Source of the DNA: Celerinatantimonas yamalensis | GTDB lineage: Bacteria > Pseudomonadota > Gammaproteobacteria > Enterobacterales > Celerinatantimonadaceae | Reading direction: 5' to 3' | NCBI RefSeq assembly: GCF_046054155.1 | Contig: NZ_JBEQCT010000002.1 | Location: 255,323-279,322, forward strand | Length of the DNA: 24,000 bases | Shown here: positions 1-7,363 of the stretch, piece by piece | How positions within the stretch are numbered: position 1 is the stretch's first letter | Layout of the letters: every line of letters starts with the position of its first letter | Notes under the pieces: generated by a model | Seen by the model: only the letters and a program-made list of their open reading frames with translations | Databases searched by the model: none | What the model was told of the DNA's origin: nothing | Program-made: the position numbers and the translations under genes

Positions 1-1
1 C

Positions 2-433
2 AAACAGGCACACCAGTGGCTTGTGCGACATTATCCACATTGTAAGATATTTTTAGTTGAATATGGACAAATCCCCCTCCACTATCTGACAATATGTCAT
101 TCAGTAAAAGCTGAACCGAAAATAAACGCCATTCTCGGTGAAAAACGCGTTGAAACTCACCATTCCCATTTTGTCAGTTGCAGTTGGGCCTATGATGCGT
201 CAATTCTGTTTGACGTCGGAACATTAATGCAATTGTTAGCTAAATACCCACTGCGGCGCATAAAAGCGTATGTGCAGACACCCCATGGATGGCAAATGAT
301 CCATGGTATTAATGGGCAGTTACAATGCCAGAGTGTGCAACAGATGAGTGAATCACGTATCGAGTTGATCCACAGCCACGCATTAGACTGGTCACATATA
401 GAGTGTGCACTAGATAAAATAAAAATCGGATAA
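2..433 (+). CDS. COG0523/CobW-family putative metallochaperone GTPase, C-terminal portion (5' end outside the window)
   Basis: The frame is open from the window edge to TAA at 431-433; the listed ORF 23..433 is only the first in-frame Met. A His-rich patch (ETHHSHF) is followed by a CobW_C-like pattern (RIKAYVQT...SRIELIHS..LDW..IE.AL). The family call is from remembered family features, not a search. Confidence 0.5.
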   Translation, partial: KQAHQWLVRHYPHCKIFLVEYGQIPLHYLTICHSVKAEPKINAILGEKRVETHHSHFVSCSWAYDASILFDVGTLMQLLAKYPLRRIKAYVQTPHGWQMIHGINGQLQCQSVQQMSESRIELIHSHALDWSHIECALDKIKIG

Positions 434-441
434 GATGTTAT

Positions 442-1731
442 ATGTCCCTAAAGAAGTTTAACGTAATCGCCATCTGGCAAAAATGTCCTAAATTACATCG
501 CCGCATACTGTTAATCTTGTTAGCTATACTTGCTATCATGGTATGTTGGTCACCGTCATCGAGTCTCTCTGGCAATGTGACGATACCTACACAGCAACAG
601 CGCCCCACTGAAAGTGATGACTTTTCCTCAGATAGTGCTGAAGTACCGAGCAATAATGAGATTCAGCCCCCCAGTAGCGAATATACAATCGTCACAGGCG
701 ATACTTTAAGTGAGATTTTCACTCGGTTGGGGCTTTCACTGCAACAGATGCAAAACATCATTGAGAATGACCAAACACAAGCATTAGATACGCTTAATCC
801 TGGCGATAAATTACGTTTTTGGCTCAATGTTAAAAATCAATTAACGCGTTTCCAAGTCTATTTTAATCCAGGTTACTTTGTTGATTTTAATCTCCTTGAA
901 GATGGTAGTTATGAGTCAAAGGTGGTTCGTTTAGAAGGGATATGGAAACAACGCGTTGTGCGCGGCACGATCCAAGGAAGCCTGTATCTATCGGCACGTA
1001 AATTAGGATTAACACCTGCCCAGATCGAACAAATCGGTCAGATGTTTAAAGATAAAATTAACTTTCGTCGAGAATTGCGCGCAGGTGACCCTTTCACCGT
1101 AGTGATTGAATATCAATACGTCAAAGAGCAACCGACCGGAGAAAACAACTTATTAGCAGTACAGATCATCAACCGTCATCGCAGTTACAATGCTTTCTTA
1201 TTTGATAACGGGAAATACTATGATGAAGATGGTCAAAGTTTAACACGGGCATTTTTGCGCTATCCAACCAAACACCATTTTCGGATTAGTTCGCCCTTTA
1301 ATTTGCACCGCCTCCATCCTGTAACTGGGCGACTTGCACCTCACTACGGCACCGATTTTGCCTGCCCGACTGGGACTCCAGTGATGGCCACAGGCGATGG
1401 TGTGGTGACTCGAGTGATCCATCACCCTTATGCCGGGCTGTACATTGATATTCGCCATGGCAGCACTTATATCACCCGCTATTTACATCTGAGTAAATCT
1501 TATGTGAAACGTGGTCAACCGGTCAAACGCGGGCAAGTTATTGCACTTTCAGGAGCAACAGGACGCGTTACCGGGCCACATTTACACTATGAGTTTCGAA
1601 TTAATAATCGACCGGTTAACCCGATGAGTGCAAAAATTCCAATGGCAGCGGCTGTATCCAAAAAAGATATGCCTCAGTTTAAACACAATGTGCAAAAACT
1701 ATTGGCGCTGATGAAAGCGCCGAATAAATAG
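442..1731 (+). CDS. mepM: LysM/M23 murein DD-endopeptidase (MepM/YebA, ShyB-like)
   Basis: 429-aa ORF with an N-terminal membrane anchor (ILLILLAILAIMVCW) and a LysM-like segment (YTIVTGDTLSEIFTRLGL). M23 motifs are present (HYGTDFACPTGTPV, GPHLHYEF). It is colinear with E. coli MepM as I recall it. The ATG lies 8 nt after the upstream stop. Confidence 0.85.
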   Translation: MSLKKFNVIAIWQKCPKLHRRILLILLAILAIMVCWSPSSSLSGNVTIPTQQQRPTESDDFSSDSAEVPSNNEIQPPSSEYTIVTGDTLSEIFTRLGLSLQQMQNIIENDQTQALDTLNPGDKLRFWLNVKNQLTRFQVYFNPGYFVDFNLLEDGSYESKVVRLEGIWKQRVVRGTIQGSLYLSARKLGLTPAQIEQIGQMFKDKINFRRELRAGDPFTVVIEYQYVKEQPTGENNLLAVQIINRHRSYNAFLFDNGKYYDEDGQSLTRAFLRYPTKHHFRISSPFNLHRLHPVTGRLAPHYGTDFACPTGTPVMATGDGVVTRVIHHPYAGLYIDIRHGSTYITRYLHLSKSYVKRGQPVKRGQVIALSGATGRVTGPHLHYEFRINNRPVNPMSAKIPMAAAVSKKDMPQFKHNVQKLLALMKAPNK

Positions 1732-1737
1732 TAGCGG

Positions 1738-1765
1738 TGGGCCTGAGCGCTATGCGCGTGGCCCA
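1738..1765. terminator. GC-rich hairpin between convergent mepM and the ABC-ATPase-like gene
   Basis: TGGGCC (1738-1743) pairs with GGCCCA (1760-1765), with an inner GCGC/GCGC pairing. There is no clean T-tract on either side, so terminator function is uncertain. Confidence 0.35.
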
Positions 1766-1793
1766 TCCATTTATCCACGATTGAGCGTTCCAA

Positions 1794-2906
1794 TTAATGC
1801 ACCGGCGGCTCACTTAACATCTTTGATAGTGTCGCCATTAATGGTTTATAACGAAGTTGCCCCAGGTATTCATTTTGCTGATTAATCACCGCTAAATCGC
1901 GCTGGCGGGCAGCGCCTTGAGCAATTACGTCACTTAAAGGTTGATCCGCTTGAATGGTCGGTAAGTGGTCTATAAATTGTTTTAATGGCTTATCCATTTG
2001 CTGAATAGCTCGGTTGACTTGATACAACGATAATCCACCAACAAGCTGTTTACCATCCAGCAAATAGGCGTAGCTACTTTGAACTTTTTGCATCGCATCT
2101 AACGCCACATCGGCCTTCAGCCGATAATCCAATTGCAACACTGGTCGCTGCGCTAATTGTCCCGCACAAACCATTTGCAGCGAGTTTTCTGCACTCTCCG
2201 CAGATAACAAGCGCTCGCTTGACCATAAGCCAGCGCTTGACAGATCATCATAAAAGCCATTGGCGACACACTCACCTTGCACAAAAGCTAACACATAATC
2301 AGCATATTGACTCATCATGGCTATCTCTGTGGCATGCACAATCACAATCGAATGACGGCTCTGACATAGCGCCTTGAAGCGCAACGACCAGCGTTCTCGA
2401 AGTGAAGCGGGTAACTCACTAAATAGTGACTCAACCAGCAATAGCTCGGGCTTACACAAGAGTGCTCGCCACAACAACAATTGCACATGTTGCATGTGGT
2501 TAAGTTGTTCAGGGCAACAGTTGAGTAACTCCGTCAAATCATCTTCCGCTAATGCGGCATGGATCTGTTTGTAGGCTCTGAGCGGCGCCACGCCATGGAT
2601 CTGTAATGCCAACACTAAATTATCAACAACGCTGAGACACTCAATTAGAGGTAATCGCCAAGCCACCAGCATCACGCCTTTACGACGCCATTGGGTTAAT
2701 GCCTTCGCGGCATGTGGAATAGGCTCGCCGTTATAGCGCACTTTACCTTGGTTAGGTGAGTGCTCCCCGAACAACATAGCGATAAAGTCTTCACAACCTT
2801 CACCAATATCACCACATAAAGCGACAAACTGCCCTGTGCAAAGATTTAAATTGAGAGGTTTACTCACATCATTTAACGCCACTGCACTTAATTGTATTTG
2901 GCTCAT
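1794..2906 (-). CDS. ProV-like ABC ATPase homologue with tandem CBS-like C-terminus; catalytic motifs degenerate (predicted non-hydrolytic)
   Basis: 370-aa ORF colinear with E. coli ProV as I recall it. Motif positions, ProV versus this protein:
- Walker A: GLSGSGKST versus GDIGEGCED
- Q-loop: MVFQSF versus LVAWRL
- signature: LSGGM versus LNHMQ
- Walker B: LLMDEA versus LLVESL
- D-loop: SALD versus SELP
- H-loop: His retained (VHAT)
The C-terminal about 130 aa resembles a CBS pair (YLLDGKQLVGGLSLYQV; AVINQQNEYLGQLRYKPLM). A GAGGA Shine-Dalgarno sequence lies 7 nt upstream. The ATGA start/stop overlaps the upstream permease gene. Confidence 0.75.
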   Translation of the reverse strand: MSQIQLSAVALNDVSKPLNLNLCTGQFVALCGDIGEGCEDFIAMLFGEHSPNQGKVRYNGEPIPHAAKALTQWRRKGVMLVAWRLPLIECLSVVDNLVLALQIHGVAPLRAYKQIHAALAEDDLTELLNCCPEQLNHMQHVQLLLWRALLCKPELLLVESLFSELPASLRERWSLRFKALCQSRHSIVIVHATEIAMMSQYADYVLAFVQGECVANGFYDDLSSAGLWSSERLLSAESAENSLQMVCAGQLAQRPVLQLDYRLKADVALDAMQKVQSSYAYLLDGKQLVGGLSLYQVNRAIQQMDKPLKQFIDHLPTIQADQPLSDVIAQGAARQRDLAVINQQNEYLGQLRYKPLMATLSKMLSEPPVH

Positions 2907-3679
2907 GATGGCATCCTCGGCGCACTATCTAACGACCATAAAAAACCATGAAGTAGCAGTAAGGTCACTACAGCGCCAATCAATTGTTGCTGCTGATGCC
3001 CCAAGAGCGCTTGCAGTATATGCTGACCGAGTCCAGGTAGCCCAATAGTAGCCATTAAGACACTATAAAATAAGGTCACCTGAACGCTATTACAGCGCCA
3101 TCGAACGAGTCGCGCAGACAGCCATCGTGCAGCGACCCACTTCATTTGTTGATGAACATTAGCGCCTAACATGGCCGCTTGAGCCAATGGTTTATCTGGA
3201 ATTTGGGCAAAAAGCGATAATCGTGACAGTAAAAAGTGCGGGATCAATGCGCACCAAAGTACCACCACAGCTATTTCCCAACTGGGTTTAACCGCTACCA
3301 ATGCCAATAACCATACATAGATAGGCCACCAACGCACATCCACCCGACTTAGTTTGAGACATTTAGGAAATAAAATAAGATAACGCGCCATCAACCAAGA
3401 TATCCCCCAACTACTCAGCCACAACAGCAACCACCAGCCAAACTGCTCTATAAACAACGGCCAAACACCGAGTACATAAGCAACGCCCGGAAAACCAATG
3501 GCACCACTGAGAGACCACCACCGATGTCGCAGCAGATTCATGGCAACGGCAATAGCAATAATGCTCCAAAAAGGGATACTCCCTAGCCATTGCGACAGTT
3601 TATCAACCCCTGTTATGGGTGTATTAATAACCAGCCAAGGCGCTGAACTAAACCAAGTCCATAGTGACCATTGCGCCAT
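2903..3679 (-). CDS. ProW-like ABC permease homologue, extremely Trp-rich
   Basis: 258-aa polytopic membrane ORF. An EAA-loop-like segment (IPDKPLAQAAMLGANVHQQMKWV) aligns to ProW [23 protein letters not shown], and the following GLPGLGQHIL matches ProW GGLGQMVL. I count 23 Trp. An AGAGGGA Shine-Dalgarno sequence sits directly after the upstream TAA. Confidence 0.7.
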   Translation of the reverse strand: MAQWSLWTWFSSAPWLVINTPITGVDKLSQWLGSIPFWSIIAIAVAMNLLRHRWWSLSGAIGFPGVAYVLGVWPLFIEQFGWWLLLWLSSWGISWLMARYLILFPKCLKLSRVDVRWWPIYVWLLALVAVKPSWEIAVVVLWCALIPHFLLSRLSLFAQIPDKPLAQAAMLGANVHQQMKWVAARWLSARLVRWRCNSVQVTLFYSVLMATIGLPGLGQHILQALLGHQQQQLIGAVVTLLLLHGFLWSLDSAPRMPS

Positions 3680-3692
3680 GTTTGTCCCTCTT

Positions 3693-4229
3693 TTATCTCA
3701 AATGGTTGTTTATTTCGGTCACATTCACTAATGTCAGACGATGACCACTCCAACTAAAAAATCGTGCTAACTGCACTGTTTCAATCACCCACGTTTGACG
3801 ATTATCACCTGGATGACATTGCAGCGCCTTCGCACTTTGCCACAAGGCTTGATCAATCCATAGCTCAACCTGTCGATCACGGTCAAAAGCCAATGCCAAC
3901 GGAGAGACACACCCTGGCGTTAAATTCAAATACAGAGCCAAACGCCGCGATGAAGCAAGCCCCAACCGAGTTGTTTGTTGGGCCGTTGCTAAGGCTTTCA
4001 GATCAACTTGGCAAGACGCTGGGACAACCAACAAAAAATGTCGTTTACCCGCATTATCTTGTAAAAATAAATTTTTTACGCGAGTTCCTTGTCGAACTAA
4101 TCCCAATTCATCGGCACGCCGACAATCACCTAGGGGCGGATGATCATAGCTCACATAGCCAATATCCAAACGAGCTAACACATGCGCAATTGTTTGCCTT
4201 ACTTGATAAAGTCTATCACCTTGATTCAT
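3693..4229 (-). CDS. YbaK/ProX-type aminoacyl-tRNA deacylase domain protein (prolyl-tRNA synthetase-associated editing domain)
   Basis: 178-aa ORF. Its length and pattern (LDIGYVSYDHPP...KNLFLQDNAGKRHFLLVVPA...VDLKAL...LTPGCVSPLAL) are typical of free-standing YbaK/ProX editing domains. It is the first gene of the three-gene operon. No obvious Shine-Dalgarno sequence. Confidence 0.7.
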   Translation of the reverse strand: MNQGDRLYQVRQTIAHVLARLDIGYVSYDHPPLGDCRRADELGLVRQGTRVKNLFLQDNAGKRHFLLVVPASCQVDLKALATAQQTTRLGLASSRRLALYLNLTPGCVSPLALAFDRDRQVELWIDQALWQSAKALQCHPGDNRQTWVIETVQLARFFSWSGHRLTLVNVTEINNHLR

Positions 4230-4556
4230 AAGTTAAGAATAACACGCGCCGGCAATTTTGCAGTGCCTTTCACGACATCTTTTCGTATCGGTTAAGTCGC
4301 TGGTTTGAGGGACAAAGAAATCAATTCAGTCGTTTTAATTTTAAGCAAATAACTCAATTCACTCCTCGCTTGACTCGCGATGACATAGCTTTTGCGTTAG
4401 TCACTTGGAGATGTCAAACCGAGACCGATTAGGATATCGACCACTATTATCTGGTTGTCTTCCCCTATATGCCCGCAACTTTTATATTGGCGATTTATTA
4501 TCTAGCCCAGAGGTTATATAATCCGCGCTCTTTTCCCACCACTGAGCACGCTTGCT

Positions 4557-5744
4557 ATGAAACCCGCTCTCTATCTGCACCCTAAACGAGAAAAATCACT
4601 CTTTCGTCGTCATCCATGGATCTTCTCTCAAGCGATTGAGCGCATCGATGGCACACCATCTCGCGGTGAAACCGTTTCAATCTATTCTGCAGCAGGGCAA
4701 TGGCTCGCCTACGCGGGATACTCGCCCGATTCACAAATTCGCGCCCGAGTCTGGAGTTTTGATAAACGCACACCCATTGATGCTGACTTTTTCGCCCAAC
4801 AGCTCAAACAAGCCGCACTTAGCCGCGCGTTACTGGGACAATTTGCTCAGACGAATGCGTATCGACTCGTCGCGGGGGAAAATGATGGCCTGCCAGGGAT
4901 CACCATTGATCGCTATGCCGATGTTTTAGTGGTACAGCTTCTCAGTGCAGCCAGTGAGTATTGTCGCCAACTCCTTATTGATGCATTGATTGCTCAGTTT
5001 CCCGAATGTTGTATTTATGAGCGTTCTGATGTGGATGTGCGTAAAAAAGAAGGATTAGAGCCGACCAGCGGTTTACTGCACGGTGAATTGCCCACGCAAC
5101 CGATGATCATCGAAGAAAATGGTCTGAAATTATGGGTCAATATCGAAACCGGTCATAAAACAGGCTATTACTTAGACCAACGTAACAATCGCCGACTCAT
5201 AGGTCAACTCGCAGCCGGTAAGCGTGTTTTGAATTGCTTTAGCTATACAGGCGGTTTTGGTACTTATGCCTTGGCAGCTGGCGCCGACTCGGTCACTAAT
5301 TTAGATGTTTCTCGCGATGCCCTCCATATTGCTGGCGCCAATGTAGAACTGAATGCCTTAGATGCGAGTCGGATTACCCATGAGCGTCAAGATGTTTTTC
5401 AAGCGCTCCGTGACTATCAAGGGCAAAAGGAGTTTGATCTGATCGTGCTTGATCCGCCCAAGTTTGTTGACAGTAAAGCGCATTTAAAACGAGCTAGTCG
5501 GGGTTATCAGGACATCAATCGATTAGCGATGGGATTATTACCCGAGGGGGGGTTATTGGCCACATTTTCCTGTTCGGGACTGATGCCAAAAGAGCTCTTT
5601 CAGAAAATTGTTGCTGATGCAGCGCTTGATGCAGGTCGTAAGGTGGTCTTTTTACAGTCATTGCAGCAAGCTGAGGATCATCCTGTTGCAGGGCCTTATC
5701 CTGAAGGGTTCTACCTTAAAGGTTTTTTATGCCAAATCTTTTAA
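4557..5744 (+). CDS. rlmI: 23S rRNA m5C1962 methyltransferase RlmI
   Basis: 395-aa ORF, near-colinear with E. coli RlmI/YccW (REKSL.RRHPW.FS, SQIRARVW.FD, DGLPGITIDR, HKTGYYLDQR, VLNCFSYTGGF, DPPKF, FSCSG, YLKGF). A TATAAT at 4515-4520 is a plausible -10 box. Confidence 0.9.
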   Translation: MKPALYLHPKREKSLFRRHPWIFSQAIERIDGTPSRGETVSIYSAAGQWLAYAGYSPDSQIRARVWSFDKRTPIDADFFAQQLKQAALSRALLGQFAQTNAYRLVAGENDGLPGITIDRYADVLVVQLLSAASEYCRQLLIDALIAQFPECCIYERSDVDVRKKEGLEPTSGLLHGELPTQPMIIEENGLKLWVNIETGHKTGYYLDQRNNRRLIGQLAAGKRVLNCFSYTGGFGTYALAAGADSVTNLDVSRDALHIAGANVELNALDASRITHERQDVFQALRDYQGQKEFDLIVLDPPKFVDSKAHLKRASRGYQDINRLAMGLLPEGGLLATFSCSGLMPKELFQKIVADAALDAGRKVVFLQSLQQAEDHPVAGPYPEGFYLKGFLCQIF

Positions 5745-5782
5745 ACCAATAGAGTGGTGAAAAAATGGCGATTGGCTCAAGG

Positions 5783-6559
5783 TTAATCGTCATTGGTTAC
5801 ATGAGACACAGTCGGTTTGGCCACGAAGTCCATCATCAATAACCCAGACATAAGCGCTTTCACAATCGCTTGCTGCCGATTGGACGATTGCGTCTTGCTG
5901 AGCGTATTGTTGAGATGATAGTTGACGGTGCTTTCAGCCAGTTTAAGGATCTGGGCGATCTCCCAGGTAGTTTTGCCTTGACTGGCCCAGCTCAAGCATT
6001 CTCGTTCACGGGGGCTGAGGCCATAATCCATTTGGGATTGACGCCAAAAGCGGTTTACCGCTTCATGCAGATAGGGCACAAATAACTGTGATTGCAACTG
6101 CAGATTAAGTTTTTCTGCCGGCTCAATAAGGCGTTTCATAGAGAGGCTTAGAATGCCAAATTCGCCTAATATGCCACGAACAGCTACAGAAATTCCATCG
6201 ATGATCCCAAATTTAGCGATCTCTTGAAAAAACTGCTCGCTTAAGCTATTGGTTGGCTGCTGCTGTTTGAGTTCATGCCAAAAAATCGGACGACAATAAT
6301 CCCGGCAAAGCCTAAAAATAGGATCATAAGAACAGTTGTATAGATAATTTTCTAGCCACTGTTTCGGATAATTACTATCCAAAAAAAGCTGCAATTGAGT
6401 CGTTTCGGCTGGTCTAAACAATCGAAAGAGATAAAAATCACATCCTAAATTCTGAGTAATTTGCTGACAAACAAGTGAAAACGCTTTAACTGTTGATACG
6501 TTGCGGACACGTTCTAACAATTCAACTTGAACTTGTAAATCGAGCATCAGCGTTTCCAT
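5783..6559 (-). CDS. LuxR-family transcriptional regulator with autoinducer-binding domain (LuxR solo; no LuxI in the window)
   Basis: 258-aa ORF. The N-terminal domain carries the AHL-pocket hallmark string NYPKQW..NY......YDP.........PIFW and ...IIDGIS. The C-terminal HTH reads LSPRERECLSWASQGKTTWEIAQIL...STVNYHLNN. Confidence 0.8.
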   Translation of the reverse strand: METLMLDLQVQVELLERVRNVSTVKAFSLVCQQITQNLGCDFYLFRLFRPAETTQLQLFLDSNYPKQWLENYLYNCSYDPIFRLCRDYCRPIFWHELKQQQPTNSLSEQFFQEIAKFGIIDGISVAVRGILGEFGILSLSMKRLIEPAEKLNLQLQSQLFVPYLHEAVNRFWRQSQMDYGLSPRERECLSWASQGKTTWEIAQILKLAESTVNYHLNNTLSKTQSSNRQQAIVKALMSGLLMMDFVAKPTVSHVTNDD

Positions 6560-6568
6560 ACATGTTAG

Positions 6569-6574
6569 ATTATA
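6569..6574 (-). promoter_or_regulatory. Perfect TATAAT -10 hexamer 9 nt upstream of the LuxR-solo ATG
   Basis: The minus strand reads GGGTATAATCTAACATGTATGGAA. No Shine-Dalgarno sequence lies between the hexamer and the ATG. The -35 region is weak (TTCGGA at 17-nt spacing). Confidence 0.3.
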
Positions 6575-6616
6575 CCCATGAAACTGGTTATCCGAACCAC
6601 ACCATACCTTTCAATT

Positions 6617-7114
6617 TTAGCCGTCTTGCCAATCTTGAATATGCGTTAACGGCAGCTCAGTATGTTCAATCACCGTCCGTAAAATAAAACTAGAGCGAAC
6701 ACCCGTCACGCCAGTGATACGTGTCAACTTACCTAACAGAAAATGTTGGAAATGTTCCATATCAGGCACTGTGACTTTCAACTGATAATCAGAGTCATTG
6801 CCAGTCACCAACATACACTCCATCACCTCTTCATATTTGCCCACTTCCTCTTCGAAATGTTGAAATCGCTCTGGTGTATGAAGATCCATCGAAATATGAA
6901 TATACGCCGTCAAACTAAGATTTAATTTATTAGCATTGAGCAATGTGACATGACGACGAATAAATCCGGAGTCTTCTAACTGTTTCACGCGACGAGAACA
7001 AGGCGATGGGGATAAGCCAACCCGTTCTGCTAATTCCAAATTACTAATACGGCCATTTTGTTGCATCACCTCTAAAATTAACCGATCAGTCTTATCCAGC
7101 TTTATCATGACCAT
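6617..7114 (-). CDS. Lrp/AsnC-family transcriptional regulator
   Basis: HTH segment LDKTDRLILEVMQQNGRISNLELAERVGLSPSPCSRRVKQLEDSGFI plus a RAM/AsnC_trans_reg-type C-terminus. I prefer the start at 7114 (MVMIKLD) because AAGGA lies 4 nt upstream. The ORF-track start at 7174 would add 20 atypical residues. Confidence 0.8.
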   Translation of the reverse strand: MVMIKLDKTDRLILEVMQQNGRISNLELAERVGLSPSPCSRRVKQLEDSGFIRRHVTLLNANKLNLSLTAYIHISMDLHTPERFQHFEEEVGKYEEVMECMLVTGNDSDYQLKVTVPDMEHFQHFLLGKLTRITGVTGVRSSFILRTVIEHTELPLTHIQDWQDG

Positions 7115-7363
7115 TTTATCCTTACCATCAAGAAGCTCTTGCCTCATTTTTGCTCGCCACATACTAATGAGCAATCACTGTAAACACAAACGCAATTTAG
7201 GTAAAACCAGTTGAGTTATTGGGAATGTTATCTGTAATTAACACATCAACTGTACAAACCCTATAGATAAAATATAATTTCAACATTTCATCTATAATTA
7301 GCAATAAAACTTATTATAAAGCTAAAAATTAGCAAAAACCAGCGCTCCAACCCGTCATTTTGT

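Noticed and set aside
434-444. GATGTTATATG between COG0523 and mepM, resembling half of a Zur box
   Set aside because: Only one half-site is present and the partner half is missing. The position, within an 8-nt intercistronic gap, is not promoter-like.
1240-1458. Short antisense or out-of-frame ORFs inside well-supported genes. These are 438..653, 1240..1458, 2374..2574, 2836..3048, 3498..3731, 4582..4773, 4636..4929, 5870..6085, 6493..6687, 6743..6925, 8753..8947, 8803..9012, 12338..12529, 13145..13423, 13767..13955, 15114..15323, 16373..16564, 19459..19653, 21883..22065 and 22992..23174.
   Set aside because: Each is embedded in, or runs out of, a longer ORF with clear homology features, and none has its own Shine-Dalgarno sequence or motif. 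They are treated as shadow ORFs.
3764-4231. 155-aa plus-strand ORF
   Set aside because: It lies entirely antisense to the YbaK/ProX-type gene, which has clear family features. The plus-strand translation has no recognisable motifs. It is a shadow ORF.
4292-4357. 21-codon minus-strand ORF (TTG start, AGGAG 4 nt upstream) in the rlmI / ybaK-like divergent region, a possible leader peptide
   Set aside because: It has a non-ATG start, short Shine-Dalgarno spacing and no attenuator-like structure downstream. The evidence is too weak to call.
5745-7363. Searched for a lux-box-type palindrome (CTG-N10-CAG) around the LuxR solo, Lrp and pldA promoters
   Set aside because: I found none. The nearest candidates (for example CTGTAATTAACACATCAACTGTACA at about 7232-7256) are direct rather than inverted.
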